In this document: one piece after another, positions 37,057-49,324 of the stretch
How the letters are laid out: each line of letters begins with the position of its first letter
Numbering within the stretch: position 1 is the first letter of the stretch
Source of the DNA: Trichoplax sp. H2
Lineage: Eukaryota
DNA: 63,851 bases
Direction: 5' to 3'
Assembly: GCA_003344405.1 (NCBI GenBank)
Contig: NOWV01000149.1
Coordinates: 124,001 to 187,851, forward strand
Notes under the pieces: model-generated
Seen by the model: only the letters and a program-made list of their open reading frames with translations
The model's database searches: none
What the model was told of the DNA's origin: nothing
Translations under genes and position numbers: made by a program

Positions 37057-40000
37057 TTAATTTATAACCTTCGTCATGGCTAATTCATCTCGGAAATATT
37101 GAACGGTCTTGTTGATTCCCGTTGGCAACGATACCTATATACCAAAGATAAAATATTTTCGGAATCGATATCTTCAGTTTGTTGTACACAAAACGACTTC
37201 AAGCTTCATAAGTAAACTTAAGAAAGTAACGTATGCGTGAACTTACCACGGGTTTCCAATTTAGCAATGTTTTTGCTTTAGTTATGTCAGGTTTGCGTTT
37301 TCGAGGATCATCTTGTGGCATTGGCTTATTTACTATAGGTACTTTACCGCCTGTGAGTGCATACACATGCATGTAGAAGATAACGGTTTATAGATCAAAT
37401 ATCAACAAGCTACAAATTATTTTTCACGCTCTATAAGCTAATAGTATTTGAAAAATGGTATTATAATTTGATAGCCAAGACATAAAACTGGTAAACTACT
37501 TTCTCAATAGACAACTTTTAACGGTAGTAGTAGCGAAACAAACCTACAAATTTTCTTACAAATTCAGCGAAATCAGCAATTGTATGCTCTTCAGGATTAC
37601 CCTATCAAATTTTAATGATATATCCGCAGAGTCTCAGTCGATAAGTATAAATAATATTTTACAATTGATAAAAAAGATGGAACAAACAAGATTTCTCTTA
37701 CCAGGTTAACAGGAGAAGAAACGTTGCTATTCATTAACGTGATCAGCCCTGTGACAAGGTCGCTGATATAACCATATTAATACGTTATAAAAGAATAAAT
37801 GATTTTATTGTTTGTATTGCTACTTACAATTCCTTTTAAGTTTTTAACTATCAGAATATCATACCTAACATATTGGAAAGATCTAGTTTGTTTACCATTT
37901 CCGTACACCTATAAGAATTTAAATAGTAAAATTTTATGGATACTGCAAACAGTACGCTACAGCATTAATACAAACCGTTAGCGGTTTCCCTTGCAGGGCT
38001 TGAATAATAAAATTGCTTACTACCCTACCTAAAGCACGTTACCGAACAAATCAATATAGTGCATCTATCAATTTTATCGTATATGGAGAGTATTAAGAAT
38101 ATTTGTACTAACATACCATCATTTACGTGCATTCTTGGTCCATAGGTATTGAATATTCTCGCAACACGAACAGCAACATTTTCCTGCGTTGAATTGAAAA
38201 ATATATCTTTAGGGCTTATGAATTATTAGTTATATAACATTTAATCAGAAAGATATTTCACTTCTTTACCTGCTTTTTGTAAGCGTAGCATAACGTTTCT
38301 GCAATTCTTTTACCTTCATCATAACAAGCACGGGGTCCAATCGGATTTACATGACCCCAGTAACCTTCATGCTGAGGATGAATCTACAGAAATATTGATA
38401 TTAATTACTTCGAACCTGCATTGTTAATAACTGATATTACGCTAGTCTTGAGCTTTATAACGGTATACCTCAGGATCTAGATGATATAGCAATAATACAA
38501 CAGTACAATCAGCAAACATCAACATTGAAGATAACTGGACGAAATTAAAATTTAGTTACGCGTATATCAAATAATTGAGATACCTCCGTAGACTTCAGAG
38601 GTTGATGCCAATAGAAGTCTCGCTTTGACGCGTTTAGCTAAGCCTGATAAAATAAGAATTTATGAATACAGCTACTCGTACCACCAACATTACAGTATAA
38701 CCTATATAGATGTCGCTTTACCAAGCATGTTCATAGTTCCAATGGTGTTAGTTTTTATTGTCTGTTGTAGAATAGAATGTAATAGAGTTTAAAAAATTAT
38801 GTGGTAAAGTACTAGTAAATTATCATAGAAATTTGATTGCGTAGGCAAATCTTCTAGGATATTAACTTAGCAGTAATTCAACTATACCAATTCGTTGTTA
38901 TAAACTATTTCGCCGGAGAAATATACTCACTTTAATTGGATTATACATGTAATGCGGAGGAGAGGCAGGTGAAGCTAAGTGATATATTTGATCCACTGTA
39001 AAATCAAGGATGTTTTTTTAGTAAATTGAATTAAATTAGTTCAATGTAGATCATACTGCACCTTCAATTCGTAAGGGTTCCGTAATGTCATGATGTAGTA
39101 GTTCAAAGTTTTTATGACCAATCCTGTAGTGAATGGTTAGTAATGAGAATATCTATTTGCTAGGAAGATTGTATCAACGTGATTTGCAAAAATGATTATG
39201 TGTGGGGCCTTACCAATGGTCGACATTCACTTTTCGTCCAGTAAAAAAGTTGTCAGCCACTGTGACCTAAAGTAGAATGATGAATATCTATTATGTATAT
39301 GCTATGAATGAATGATAGATATAAATTAATATACGCGTAATTTACGTACTTCGTGACCAGCAAGCATTAGCGCATCTGCAAGATGAGATCCAACAAATCC
39401 AGCACCACCAGTAATCTAGTTATGACATTTAAACAAATAATAAGTACGATTCTTGCAGCATTTCACTGTTGATTACAAAAATATGTAATTAAGAGGTAAC
39501 ATCATCCATACGTAAGATAAACTTCACAGTTAAGACAGAAGTACCGCAAAAATTGGAATATGATGACTATCCTATAATATCACTAACCAAGATTCTCAAG
39601 CGTTGGCCTTCTATTAATGATTTCACAGGTGGGTAATTTTTTTGCCTATCATCAATTAACGAAATTGCCAAGTTAAAGGAATTATTAATGTAGCTCCGTC
39701 ATTTCTTTTGTATTCTATCTCTTCGAGTTGTGATTGTAAGTCATGATATCCCATTTTAAAAACTTCTATCAACTCGTCTATAAATAAGACCTTACTTGTT
39801 TTCCAACTTCTCCACTCTCAGCTGAAGATCATCTAAAGACTATAGTTACATGTCATTACAAGGGGAATGGTTAGTCCTATCGTAGTCACTGTACAATTTA
39901 AGCAAACTCTTAAAGGTGCATGATGCAATAGACGATTGATTCGTTTATCGGGTTATTGACCATTATTGATATTGCTAGTCATGATTACGTTAGAAAATGA

Positions 40001-40481
40001 TTGCTTATTCCATGGCCGATTGCTTGCTATTCTCGTCACTATACCTGTATATAATGCTTGCTCCATTTATTCAATATCTCGGTCTGATCTATTGTATTTG
40101 CCCTACAAAGTATCGGTTATACAAGTTGCCATAGAATTGGCAAGAAGGAAATGAAGTAGACTGAAAGGTTAATCACGCCATTGGAGACACCATTGGCACT
40201 CTCTGCAGTTAGCAGGATAGCCGAATAGCAATTTATATCGCAACTTACATTATCCAACCTTTAGGTCCATGAATACCGCTAAGTGAAACTATTTATAACA
40301 TGCACAACAGCACCAGGATTGAATAATTGAAGATGAAATGTCAATCATCACATCGCATAACTGAAATTACAATACTGATTTGCTTACCTAAAATAACAAG
40401 GATGAAGAGGAAAAGAAAGAGATAACTTCTAGCATAGCGTACAAAAAAGGAAAGAGAAAAGAAATTTTTCATTCGTGGCAT
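37057..40481 (-). CDS. UXS1: UDP-glucuronic acid decarboxylase 1 (UDP-xylose synthase), 20 exons, 408 aa
   Basis: GT-AG exons assembled by hand: 40388-40481, 40249-40288, 40045-40102, 39796-39839, 39588-39645, 39350-39415, 39214-39266, 39062-39123, 38931-38995, 38722-38761, 38584-38643, 38469-38476, 38270-38383, 38117-38183, 37976-38028, 37865-37908, 37702-37762, 37544-37601, 37247-37350, 37057-37134 (1227 nt, frame intact). Product has an N-terminal TM anchor, [93 protein letters not shown]. Exons 1-4 and the last codons are less certain. Confidence 0.95.
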
Positions 40482-40698
40482 TTTTGATTCTCCCAGCTGA
40501 CTTATACGGCTATAACACAGTCGTTAACAGCATTAGCGATGGATTATTCAATGTATTTGTTGAATAGATATACGCTATTTGTCGTATCATGCAATTATCA
40601 TCTTGCCCATCGAGTTAATTTACTATCGCCGGGATCGACATTTCGCTACTGGTTGGCCACTAGCTCAGCCTGGAATAGACCGTCAAGGCCACCCCTGG

Positions 40699-40865
40699 GT
40701 ACAGTACCACAGTACAGCATAATGTACTGTACACTGTACACTGTACGTTACAGTACAAGTGGCAGGATTACAGTGCAGTATTGTAGCGCGGACTGTAATA
40801 CAATGATTAGTATTAGAATGGCGAAGACATTGATGGACTTTAGTACTGTACACTGTACAGTACTA
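40699..40865. repeat. Cluster of ACTGTAC/GTACAGT short repeats and palindromes upstream of UXS1
   Basis: gtacagtaccacagtaca...tgtactgtacactgtacactgtac at 40699-40746, and the palindrome TAGTACTGTACA-C-TGTACAGTACTA at 40841-40865. Confidence 0.75.
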
Positions 40866-41102
40866 TGCAATCTTTCCAGGATAGTAGACTAGTAGTAGTT
40901 TGACTTTCAATCAGGATTGACAATTGCAAGTCCATTTCCTCCTTTTTATTTTTGACTTGAATGTTCCTATTCAGGATCGAATTAGGAAAGGGTTACTAGA
41001 GGAATAGAAGGAAAGAATGATGATCAAATTTATTTGTAAACATGGAATCATGAGAACAGTTGGTCTAGCGTAACAGTGCTGAAAAAAATTGGTTATCAGT
41101 TC

Positions 41103-41224
41103 GGGGACTAAATGTTATCTATGCTTGAATACAATTATATCTAGAATCTTTTGTTCATAAATTGATCATCAACTAGGGGACTGAATGTTATCAGTCATTG
41201 AATACAATGATATCTAGAACCTTT
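41103..41224. repeat. Imperfect direct repeat, ~49-bp unit, 73-bp period
   Basis: ggggactaaatgttatctatgcttgaatacaattatatctagaatcttt (41103) versus ggggactgaatgttatcagtcattgaatacaatgatatctagaaccttt (41176). Confidence 0.85.
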
Positions 41225-41980
41225 CGTTAATTCATATAACCTTCAAGGTGAAATATCTCGCCTCCTGAACATGGCAGATCAGTGCAGCTAGTAACATTAA
41301 TTTCGCGAGAATAGGATCCTGTGTTCTGTGCCAAGAGTCCAAGACCATTTCATTCATACTGTCCTTCCATGTTGCTGCAATACCAAGTTTAGTCCTTTCA
41401 CTTACTGTACTATACTGTATAGTACAACATCCAATGTCCAATGACCATATCAGAACAAGCGATGGGTGCTGAGCATGATATTTGCCGTTACACTTTCCTA
41501 TTTCTACCCCACACTTTATTTGCACCTTGGACGTTTGGATTTTTCCTTGTACCACGGAAAAATCGACTAGATCATGGCTCTGTAGTGATTGCAATTTCAC
41601 ATGACCTACGCAATCTTTGCTAACATATTGACCTTAGTAATACAATTCCTGCTCTACAACTACATTCTCATGTTAAAATATTGTCGCCCTTTCTTGTACT
41701 ATCCGTGTACGTTTCAAGATATTATGGAATCAGTATTTTGTTGACTGTCTATGGCTATGAAGCTAAAAATTTCATATTTCTTGAGTTCGTCAACGCCATT
41801 CTAGCAGTGCTTAGCGTTATATTGTATTGGGAGATCTAAAAATTACACTACTTACGGTGCAGTAGAGTGCATGCTTGAATACCATCGCTTTGTATACTTT
41901 GTTACTGAATTAAATTCTTATCGTTGATCCTGTCCTAATGTACAATTGGTGTAGCTAAAACCAAAATGATAAGGACTTGC

Positions 41981-42109
41981 AGCAATGCACGTTGATGTAC
42001 ATCTTCCAAAGCAGTGCATTACCCCTTTGTCCACTTGCATATAGAAAGCTTAACGAATTTTTAAGGGGTAATGCACTGCTTTGGAAGATGTATATCAACG
42101 CGCATTGCT
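41981..42109. repeat. Inverted repeat / hairpin: 47-bp arms, 35-nt loop
   Basis: 41981-42027 (agcaatgcacgttgatgtacatcttccaaagcagtgcattacccctt) is the reverse complement of 42063-42109 with 2 mismatches. Confidence 0.9.
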
Positions 42110-42750
42110 ACATGGTAGACATTAGAAATATATCTATACATTTAGTTGGGGCACTTTTTTAATCAAGACTGCAATTACTACACATATGCCATTAATGGTT
42201 AGTACCTGTTTTATGAGATACTGAGACAAGAACTGTTTTAATCACATCAACTTGCAATACAATACATACCTGCATTAATGCGACAGAACAAATACAGTAT
42301 AATGCGAATGTAATTTACGGCTTTTATAATTAAATATACTTTATAGATAGGCAATATTTTCCGCAAGTTGAGTTAATGATAATTAACTGATTGATACATA
42401 CTGAGAATAACCATCATAATTTCGTAGAGACTATAAACTTATAGCGTTCAATATCAGTACATCAATAAAATACTTTTTTAATAATCATAATAAACGGATT
42501 TTGTAGGTTTCTTCATGCTGCGATCACATGAATAAACCATACTAACCATCATAAAATTCTAAACTGCATTTTACACATACTGTATGTATTGCTAACCAAT
42601 CCCACAGTAAGTAATATAACATTAAAGAAATTAATAAAATATTGCATTACTTATATAATAACGGACAATATTACAGTTTGCGCTATTTCTATGATACTAA
42701 AATTCTGTCAGAAAGATCAGATGATAAAATAGTTTCCAGCTCTAACCAGC

Positions 42751-45465
42751 TCATGAACTGGTGATAGTGGCGCTTGAATCAGATGATTTGTAAGACTGTC
42801 CACATTTTGTGTGTCCGGATAGGTTGCTAAATGTAAACTGCGTAATACTACTCTTTATTCCAGCTTTGGTATTTAAATCCGGCCGAAAGTAAATAACGTA
42901 AATTTTAGGAATAAAGAAGCACAGTAAAGGCGAAAGACCAAAGGTTAGCATAAATAGGGACAAGAGATAGTCACGAACCATACCGTATAAGAGGAATAAT
43001 GCAGGACTACTAATAAATTCCAAAGCCAGAAGCAGAATTGAAGATAAATAAATATATCTAGATTCATTGAAATTGTCTGGTAATGAACGGGCTTTGAAAG
43101 CGAGATAGACGCATAGTAGACCCAATATGCCAGAGGATACCAGCTGATATATGCTGGGGTAACTGCTTTCTTCGAAACAAATTATCGTCAAATATCCTTC
43201 AATTCTCACATTTTTGGTAACTTTTATAGGATAGATTAGCATTAAACAAACTACAATACCAATATTGATAAATACAATGAGGAAAATGAATAAAATTTGT
43301 ACGCTTGTTTTTCTCAGGGGAGCAGTTTTAGAATCCTGATTGATAGCATTTTGAAAAATGACCGAAATTTGATTTGTTTTACATAAGATTGTGGCAAGTA
43401 TACCTATATCCATAAGGGTGACTAATATTACTCTGGCATGGCATACTATCATTGATGGAGGCCTTAAAAATAGACCACCTGCGGGGACACATAAGGAAAT
43501 AAAAAAGAGTAATATATTGACTAATGTAAAGTTAGAACCTTTCACAACTGGAGTATCCCTTTTCCGAATCATGACTGACCAAATCCATAGCAAAACAATT
43601 AAATATAAGCTCGCGACAATATAGAATACAATGGAAATAGTATCATCCCAACGAATTGTTACAACTTTCAAAGGAATACATGCAGTTCTGTTGGCATTGG
43701 ACTTAGTTTCATTTGAACACTGTATACAAGAATATTGATTTGTTGTGTTGGTGATACTTTGCTTGGGGCATGCTTTACATTTCCAACAGCATGGACGATA
43801 ACGTTTATCAATACTGTTATCATGATACCAATATGTCCCTGGTAGGCACGGGGATGAACATCGCGAGTTAGGAGCGTTATTTCCAACTGAATTATTATCC
43901 CAATCAATTAATGATTCGTTAATAACTACGCCAGCCTCTCTATCCCAATAACCGATCATAACTGGCCTCACTGTTCGATTTTCATAATTAGTTTCTCGTT
44001 GCAAATTAACAATATCTAGTTTCATAATTGGACTACCTTCGAAATCAAACTGGAAATTATTACTTGACACACCAGGAAACTGAATACGGTTAAGAAAATC
44101 ATTAAGACGCAGCTTGTTTAAGTCGATATCATTTAATGGTGGACACGACGTTAAATTGCAGCCTATCGCGTTATGAAATGCGTTAGCTAGCGCAAGTACA
44201 GCATCCATAACAAATATAGAGATATATGATGGCGAATGAATTGAATTAAGGAAGGATAACTGTAGCTGCTCAATTGTACATTCTTTCAAAACTTTACTGA
44301 TGTTATATCCTGCTTTACTAAGTTGAGTTTTCAGTACATCCATGAACCATGGATTATCGCCATTATTACATAGGTTCAGGTTTTTTAAGTAACTATGATA
44401 ACGATCTAATGATCGTCCTTTAAATTTAAAGCCAATACTACCTCCGATAACATCGGCCCTAATATTGTACATGAGTGAAGAAGTTAACCAAGTATAAGAA
44501 CCTACGAAGGTCATACCAGTTAAGTTTAATGCTTCAGCAACCTTAAAGAAAGAATAAACTACACGTTCGACACCAATCAATACAATTACACGTGATGATT
44601 GATTTTTTAGATTCAAAACAACATCGACCAACTCAGATTTGGTGTAGTTATCATTTATTTTACCCAAATAGCTATAGCAGATATTATATGAAGGACCAGC
44701 GAAATAGATAAATTTGGATATTAAATCTATGGCTGTATTGCCTGCAAAGACAAATGAAACCAAATTCCAATTAAAACGAGTTAATAATTCCATGATTGCT
44801 GTCGCCTGAAAAGATGCCGGTGGGGATGTGCGATAAAAGAATGGAAAGTATCGACGAAGGCTTAGTGTATAGTCGAAAGAAAAATAGCTTATTTGACAGA
44901 CTCTGAGGCTACCGGTATAGGCCGCAGTTGCCACCGTAACGTCGTCCGACTCATCACCTATAACTCCAATTATGTACGAATGATTGGACATATGCTCATG
45001 GTTGTGACCTCTGCTTACCATATCTGACAACCTATTATTATTGCCACTGGTTTGTATCAGCTTACATTGTAAATTTTGATAATCCTTTCTTTCTGATAAA
45101 ATTAGACTAGATGATAAGGCAGAAATGGCTATTTCACGAGAGCCACAGGAATCGATAACAATCCACCCGACCGGAATTCCAGGTAATAAATTTGGATTAT
45201 TATTGACTAATTCCTTAACAGTGTATATCATAGCCTGTACAAATAGTATATTTTTTACACTGATATCGCTACATTGTCGACTTGTCGCGTTATATCGACT
45301 GGAAATCGGGAAAAGAGCTTGTAATTGTACTAATCCAGCCTTCATGGACATACGTCGACTTTGAGCATATCCAATATTGTTACTACCAGGATAAATTGAA
45401 ATTGTTATAAGGAGAAGCGCAATGAAATAGTTAAGCCGCTGAGAAATTGCACAACCGGTAGCCAT
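42751..45465 (-). CDS. Class C GPCR, intronless, 904 aa
   Basis: Full architecture: QAMIYTV, CQISY, FPFFYRTSP, NPWF, CCWKC, PVVKGSN, LPDNFNESRYI, FIPKIYVI. Confidence 0.95.
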   Translation of the reverse strand: MATGCAISQRLNYFIALLLITISIYPGSNNIGYAQSRRMSMKAGLVQLQALFPISSRYNATSRQCSDISVKNILFVQAMIYTVKELVNNNPNLLPGIPVGWIVIDSCGSREIAISALSSSLILSERKDYQNLQCKLIQTSGNNNRLSDMVSRGHNHEHMSNHSYIIGVIGDESDDVTVATAAYTGSLRVCQISYFSFDYTLSLRRYFPFFYRTSPPASFQATAIMELLTRFNWNLVSFVFAGNTAIDLISKFIYFAGPSYNICYSYLGKINDNYTKSELVDVVLNLKNQSSRVIVLIGVERVVYSFFKVAEALNLTGMTFVGSYTWLTSSLMYNIRADVIGGSIGFKFKGRSLDRYHSYLKNLNLCNNGDNPWFMDVLKTQLSKAGYNISKVLKECTIEQLQLSFLNSIHSPSYISIFVMDAVLALANAFHNAIGCNLTSCPPLNDIDLNKLRLNDFLNRIQFPGVSSNNFQFDFEGSPIMKLDIVNLQRETNYENRTVRPVMIGYWDREAGVVINESLIDWDNNSVGNNAPNSRCSSPCLPGTYWYHDNSIDKRYRPCCWKCKACPKQSITNTTNQYSCIQCSNETKSNANRTACIPLKVVTIRWDDTISIVFYIVASLYLIVLLWIWSVMIRKRDTPVVKGSNFTLVNILLFFISLCVPAGGLFLRPPSMIVCHARVILVTLMDIGILATILCKTNQISVIFQNAINQDSKTAPLRKTSVQILFIFLIVFINIGIVVCLMLIYPIKVTKNVRIEGYLTIICFEESSYPSIYQLVSSGILGLLCVYLAFKARSLPDNFNESRYIYLSSILLLALEFISSPALFLLYGMVRDYLLSLFMLTFGLSPLLCFFIPKIYVIYFRPDLNTKAGIKSSITQFTFSNLSGHTKCGQSYKSSDSSATITSS

Positions 45466-46675
45466 CTACAGTCTATTGCCTTATAATGCAATAATTATAA
45501 AGCGCTAAAAAATGATGAGTGTATCTCTGAAAAATGTCTAATTAAATGATGCAAAGTCCTAGCATGGGCTGCTTATTACATCAATTCAGATATTTTGATA
45601 TAATTACGTGGCATAGCGCCTGCACTTGCCCTAGATTAATTAATTAGTTTTTTAACAAGAGGTATTTTAGATGCTATTTGAACAATTACATTCTCGAAAA
45701 GAATTACTAACAATGCAAAGTAACCTGATGCAATGATGTTTCCTAATTTTAATGAGACTTCGGCTATGAATAGAATATGTCAACACTTGAGCAACAGAAT
45801 GAAAGAACTGGACCACCGCCACCTGGCAGCTTTATAGCAAGTGTGTATTAAAAAATTTCGACTTATGTACTCCATAACATATGTTTATACTAACTAGTAA
45901 TTGTTGAAATTCAGATACGAGATTTATTGGCAGATGAAATATTAAGTATGATAGTCAATAAATTATCTATTAGCAACATTATGGCAATTATTATTAAGTT
46001 ACAGAATTGTTAGCGAAAGCTATAATAGTAATGTCCGCCCTAAATCAAAAAAAATGGTGTTAACAAAGCTTGTATTGTTTAGCATAAACTATATTGAGAT
46101 TTTAACATTTTGGTATGTCATTTGGATCGCATTGTAAGGCCAATATATTATTAAGATTTCATGATTATAATAATTCAAAATTGTACATTTACGTGTTCTT
46201 CATAATAGTTCTCTTATATAAAATTTGACTCTAAGCAGATCTTGGTAAACATGTATTTATGATAGAATGAAAATAATTTAACGGTTCTTAATTTTCTTTA
46301 TTTTCATTCATCGATAGTTATAAAGGCATTTCTAACTTTTACCGTACCCTTTAAAATGACGCCTTAGATTTGAGTAAAGCTAATTATACGATAATTTTTG
46401 TCTTATTGTAAATATCGCTCCTGTCTATAGACCTATATTACAGATCTTTTTAAAGACTCTGTAATTGACTTTAACTAGGTTCAGCTTTTATGAAGATCTT
46501 ATTGTCTATATATTTCAACTCATTCTCTTATAATATTACCAATTGCTTAATTTTTTTCTTTCAGAAATAGCAGCTCAAAGAAATACAAGAATTTATTTTA
46601 AATTAGTAATTCTAGACAGATGTATCTTTCAAAATATTGACTTAGTTACTAACAGAAAACTTTGAATACCAGTAA

Positions 46676-47108
46676 TTATCATACAACTCCAATTAATTCG
46701 CTCGAGGAACTAATACAACATCTTTAATGATAGCCAAAAGCAAACCTCTCTGTTGTGTCAATAGTTTGCAGAAGAACTTGTTTTCCCTAGATGCATTAAG
46801 TAATCAATCATTTATCAATATTTTTACTAGCATATAAAGCCGTGTAATACTCAATCACAATATTCTATATAACTCCTCTCGATTTTTTAAAGCATGAAAC
46901 ACTCGCAGCTCGTTTACACTTCTGGAAATTAGTAATATTTTAGTATCATCTAACTGTATCGCATTTAAATTCAACTATAATCTGATGACACTAAGTTATG
47001 GTAATGTTATTAAAAAGTTTTTTGACACAACAGAGAGGTTTACTTTTTGGCTATCACTAAAGATGTTGTATTAGTTCCTCGAGCGAATTAATTGGAGTTG
47101 TATGATAA
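46676..47108. mobile_element. MITE-like non-autonomous element, 433 bp, ~86-bp terminal inverted repeats
   Basis: 46676-46761 is the reverse complement of 47022-47108 with about 3 differences, around a ~260-bp non-coding core. TAA flanks both sides (46673-46675, 47109-47111), a possible target-site duplication. Confidence 0.65.
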
Positions 47109-47829
47109 TAAGTTATTTGCTCCATATTAAATTTCTTCAACTCCATTTAACATTTTGTAATTGGTGGGTATGTGCTTAGTCGATTATTTTTTTAAAGTCA
47201 AATCTAATTAAGATACAATATATCAGTCAACTTGTCTGAAAACTTAAGGCTAGAAATTGTAAGGAACTTTGCGACATGGAGAATACCTGTAGGCTAAGTG
47301 TTTTGGTCTTTGAAGAGCTGTTCACGTTAAGTTTAATGTGTGGCGAAGTTCTAGAATCTTCCAGATACCAATTTATTAATTTATAAAATAATTCCAAAAT
47401 AAACAGAGAGTATGCGCTAATTTTTGCTAATTAAATAAGAGATTTACTCAAATACTTAGGAAGCCAATGAAGGATTCTCCTCGGCATGTAAAGATATGAA
47501 TAATATAACCTTAGTATTGGAAACAGCAACGATTTATGGGTGCTATTGTCAGACCGATTATAATATCCATGTAACAACATCAATACTATTAGAAGGAAAA
47601 ATATTAACTTCTTTCTATTGACCATAGCCGTTTTAAAATATTGTGCATACATAAACTCACGCTTTGCTTAAGGTCAGTGCAATTAGTGGATAAATTAATA
47701 GGGGATTTAAAGAATCTTGTTGGAAAATATTCTTGTTAATTTGAAGTTTTAATCGATTTAATAATTATTAGATATAATCTAATCTAATCACTATCATCTT
47801 TGACACTAGTTGAAACTATTTAATGTTTA

Positions 47830-48560
47830 ATCTACAACTGCGGGGCAGCTAAGTTTACTTCTGCAATAACTAAAAGATTACAGGCATCTGCCAAAATAAA
47901 TTAGATTATTAAAAAATCATTTACGATTGTAACTATCACCAATTTTTTTGGAGTTGAGAGTAATACCATTAATACTATATGTAAAATAAGTCACATAGTT
48001 TACAGATTGTAATTGATTATGTAGCTACTGCAGACAAATAATGATCCGTATTTCTGGAAGAATCTGAGGTATTAAAATTGTATAAGCTGATAGAAATATT
48101 GCTGGCATAGCTGTAATCTTTGGAATTCCTCTAGCTACCTAGAAATATGTCGGAATGGAGGTCACGACCAGGCAAGATAATAGTAATATGACTCAGACAT
48201 TTGATCGCGCTTCATTAAAGTTTTCAAGTAGGGATCGAACTTGAAAAGCTATAATATTGTAGGTAAAACTTATAAAGTCATTACTACCGGAGAACTGAGA
48301 TATATGCAAACTAATTGAACTTCGATGAAACTAGTAAGAACTGGCTTGGATAACAGTTGGCGATAAAAACTTAATCCAAACATCAGTGCTACGATACATA
48401 TTCAAATAGCAAAAAATAAATGTAACTTGACTCCTTATTTTTGTAAGATTTTTTAGCATGGCGCTGTAGCTAACTAAATTTCGAAATATTAATCACAATT
48501 TTCTTCAATTTGCATGCTACGATGGAAGTTATACAAATTGATTTAATTTTATGACTGCAA
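47830..48560 (+). pseudogene. Possible decayed LRR relic
   Basis: YNCGAAKFTSAI (47833, LRRNT-like), VESNTINTI (47953), LIKSLLPE (~48269), AN*IRNINHNFLQ (48469). Confidence 0.35.
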
Positions 48561-49324
48561 TTTGATAATACGCGAGGTAAATTATCTGGCGAAAACCTAT
48601 TTATGATTCAGTTTGACAAAATGAGATCTTTTAAAAGCTTTCTTAATTATGATTATCCATCTTATTATTAGCATTGCCAGAACTATTGATGCAATACTTA
48701 CTAGATTATAGGATTGCATGATCACTGCTCCAATTAAAGTGTTTGGCTTTAGGAGTTATGCTACTCTATAAAAAATTATCCTTCCATAAATAACTTTGTT
48801 AGTACTATTTTGTGTTTAGGTTAGTAAATTTTTACTTTTAAGATTGATGTATTAAAGGAAATTATTAAAATGTACTATTATGAAGTGAATTTGAATGGAA
48901 ATGTTTAATAGATCAAATAAAGGTTCTACGGCTTCATTAACACTACCAATATAAAGTTGTTTTACAAAGTCTTTTTATTCGATTATATTTGATACATTAA
49001 TGTCATTCAAAGCTACTTAACTTTAGTAAATATCATAGGAGCATGAACTTATAATTATTAGATAGAACTACTTACAATTCAATTTAACATTAATTTTATA
49101 CCATTAAATATGTCCTTTATTGGGTAACTCGTAAGTCAGGCTTCCATTAAAAAAGGCTTGATAATATTATCTAATTGCGAAATAATTTTATTATGTACCT
49201 ACAGAGAAAAGTAGATTTAGTAAAGAAATGAATTTCGGAGTAATGTGCAAATTATAGGCTATCGGATATCATTACTCAAAGAATTATAAGAATGATTTCT
49301 TTTAGTTATGTCGGTACCGTGAAA

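Noticed and set aside
40650-40715. tRNA A-box-like TAGCTCAGCCTGG upstream of UXS1
   Set aside because: No downstream GTTCGA B-box and no cloverleaf could be folded.
40539-40892. 117-aa plus-strand ORF divergent from UXS1
   Set aside because: Largely a translation of the TACAG/CTGTA repeats (TVQY/YST-like).
41232-41600. 122-aa minus-strand ORF and a KGLNLVLQQHG peptide suggestive of a transposase
   Set aside because: No catalytic DDE motifs in the expected order and no recognisable domain.
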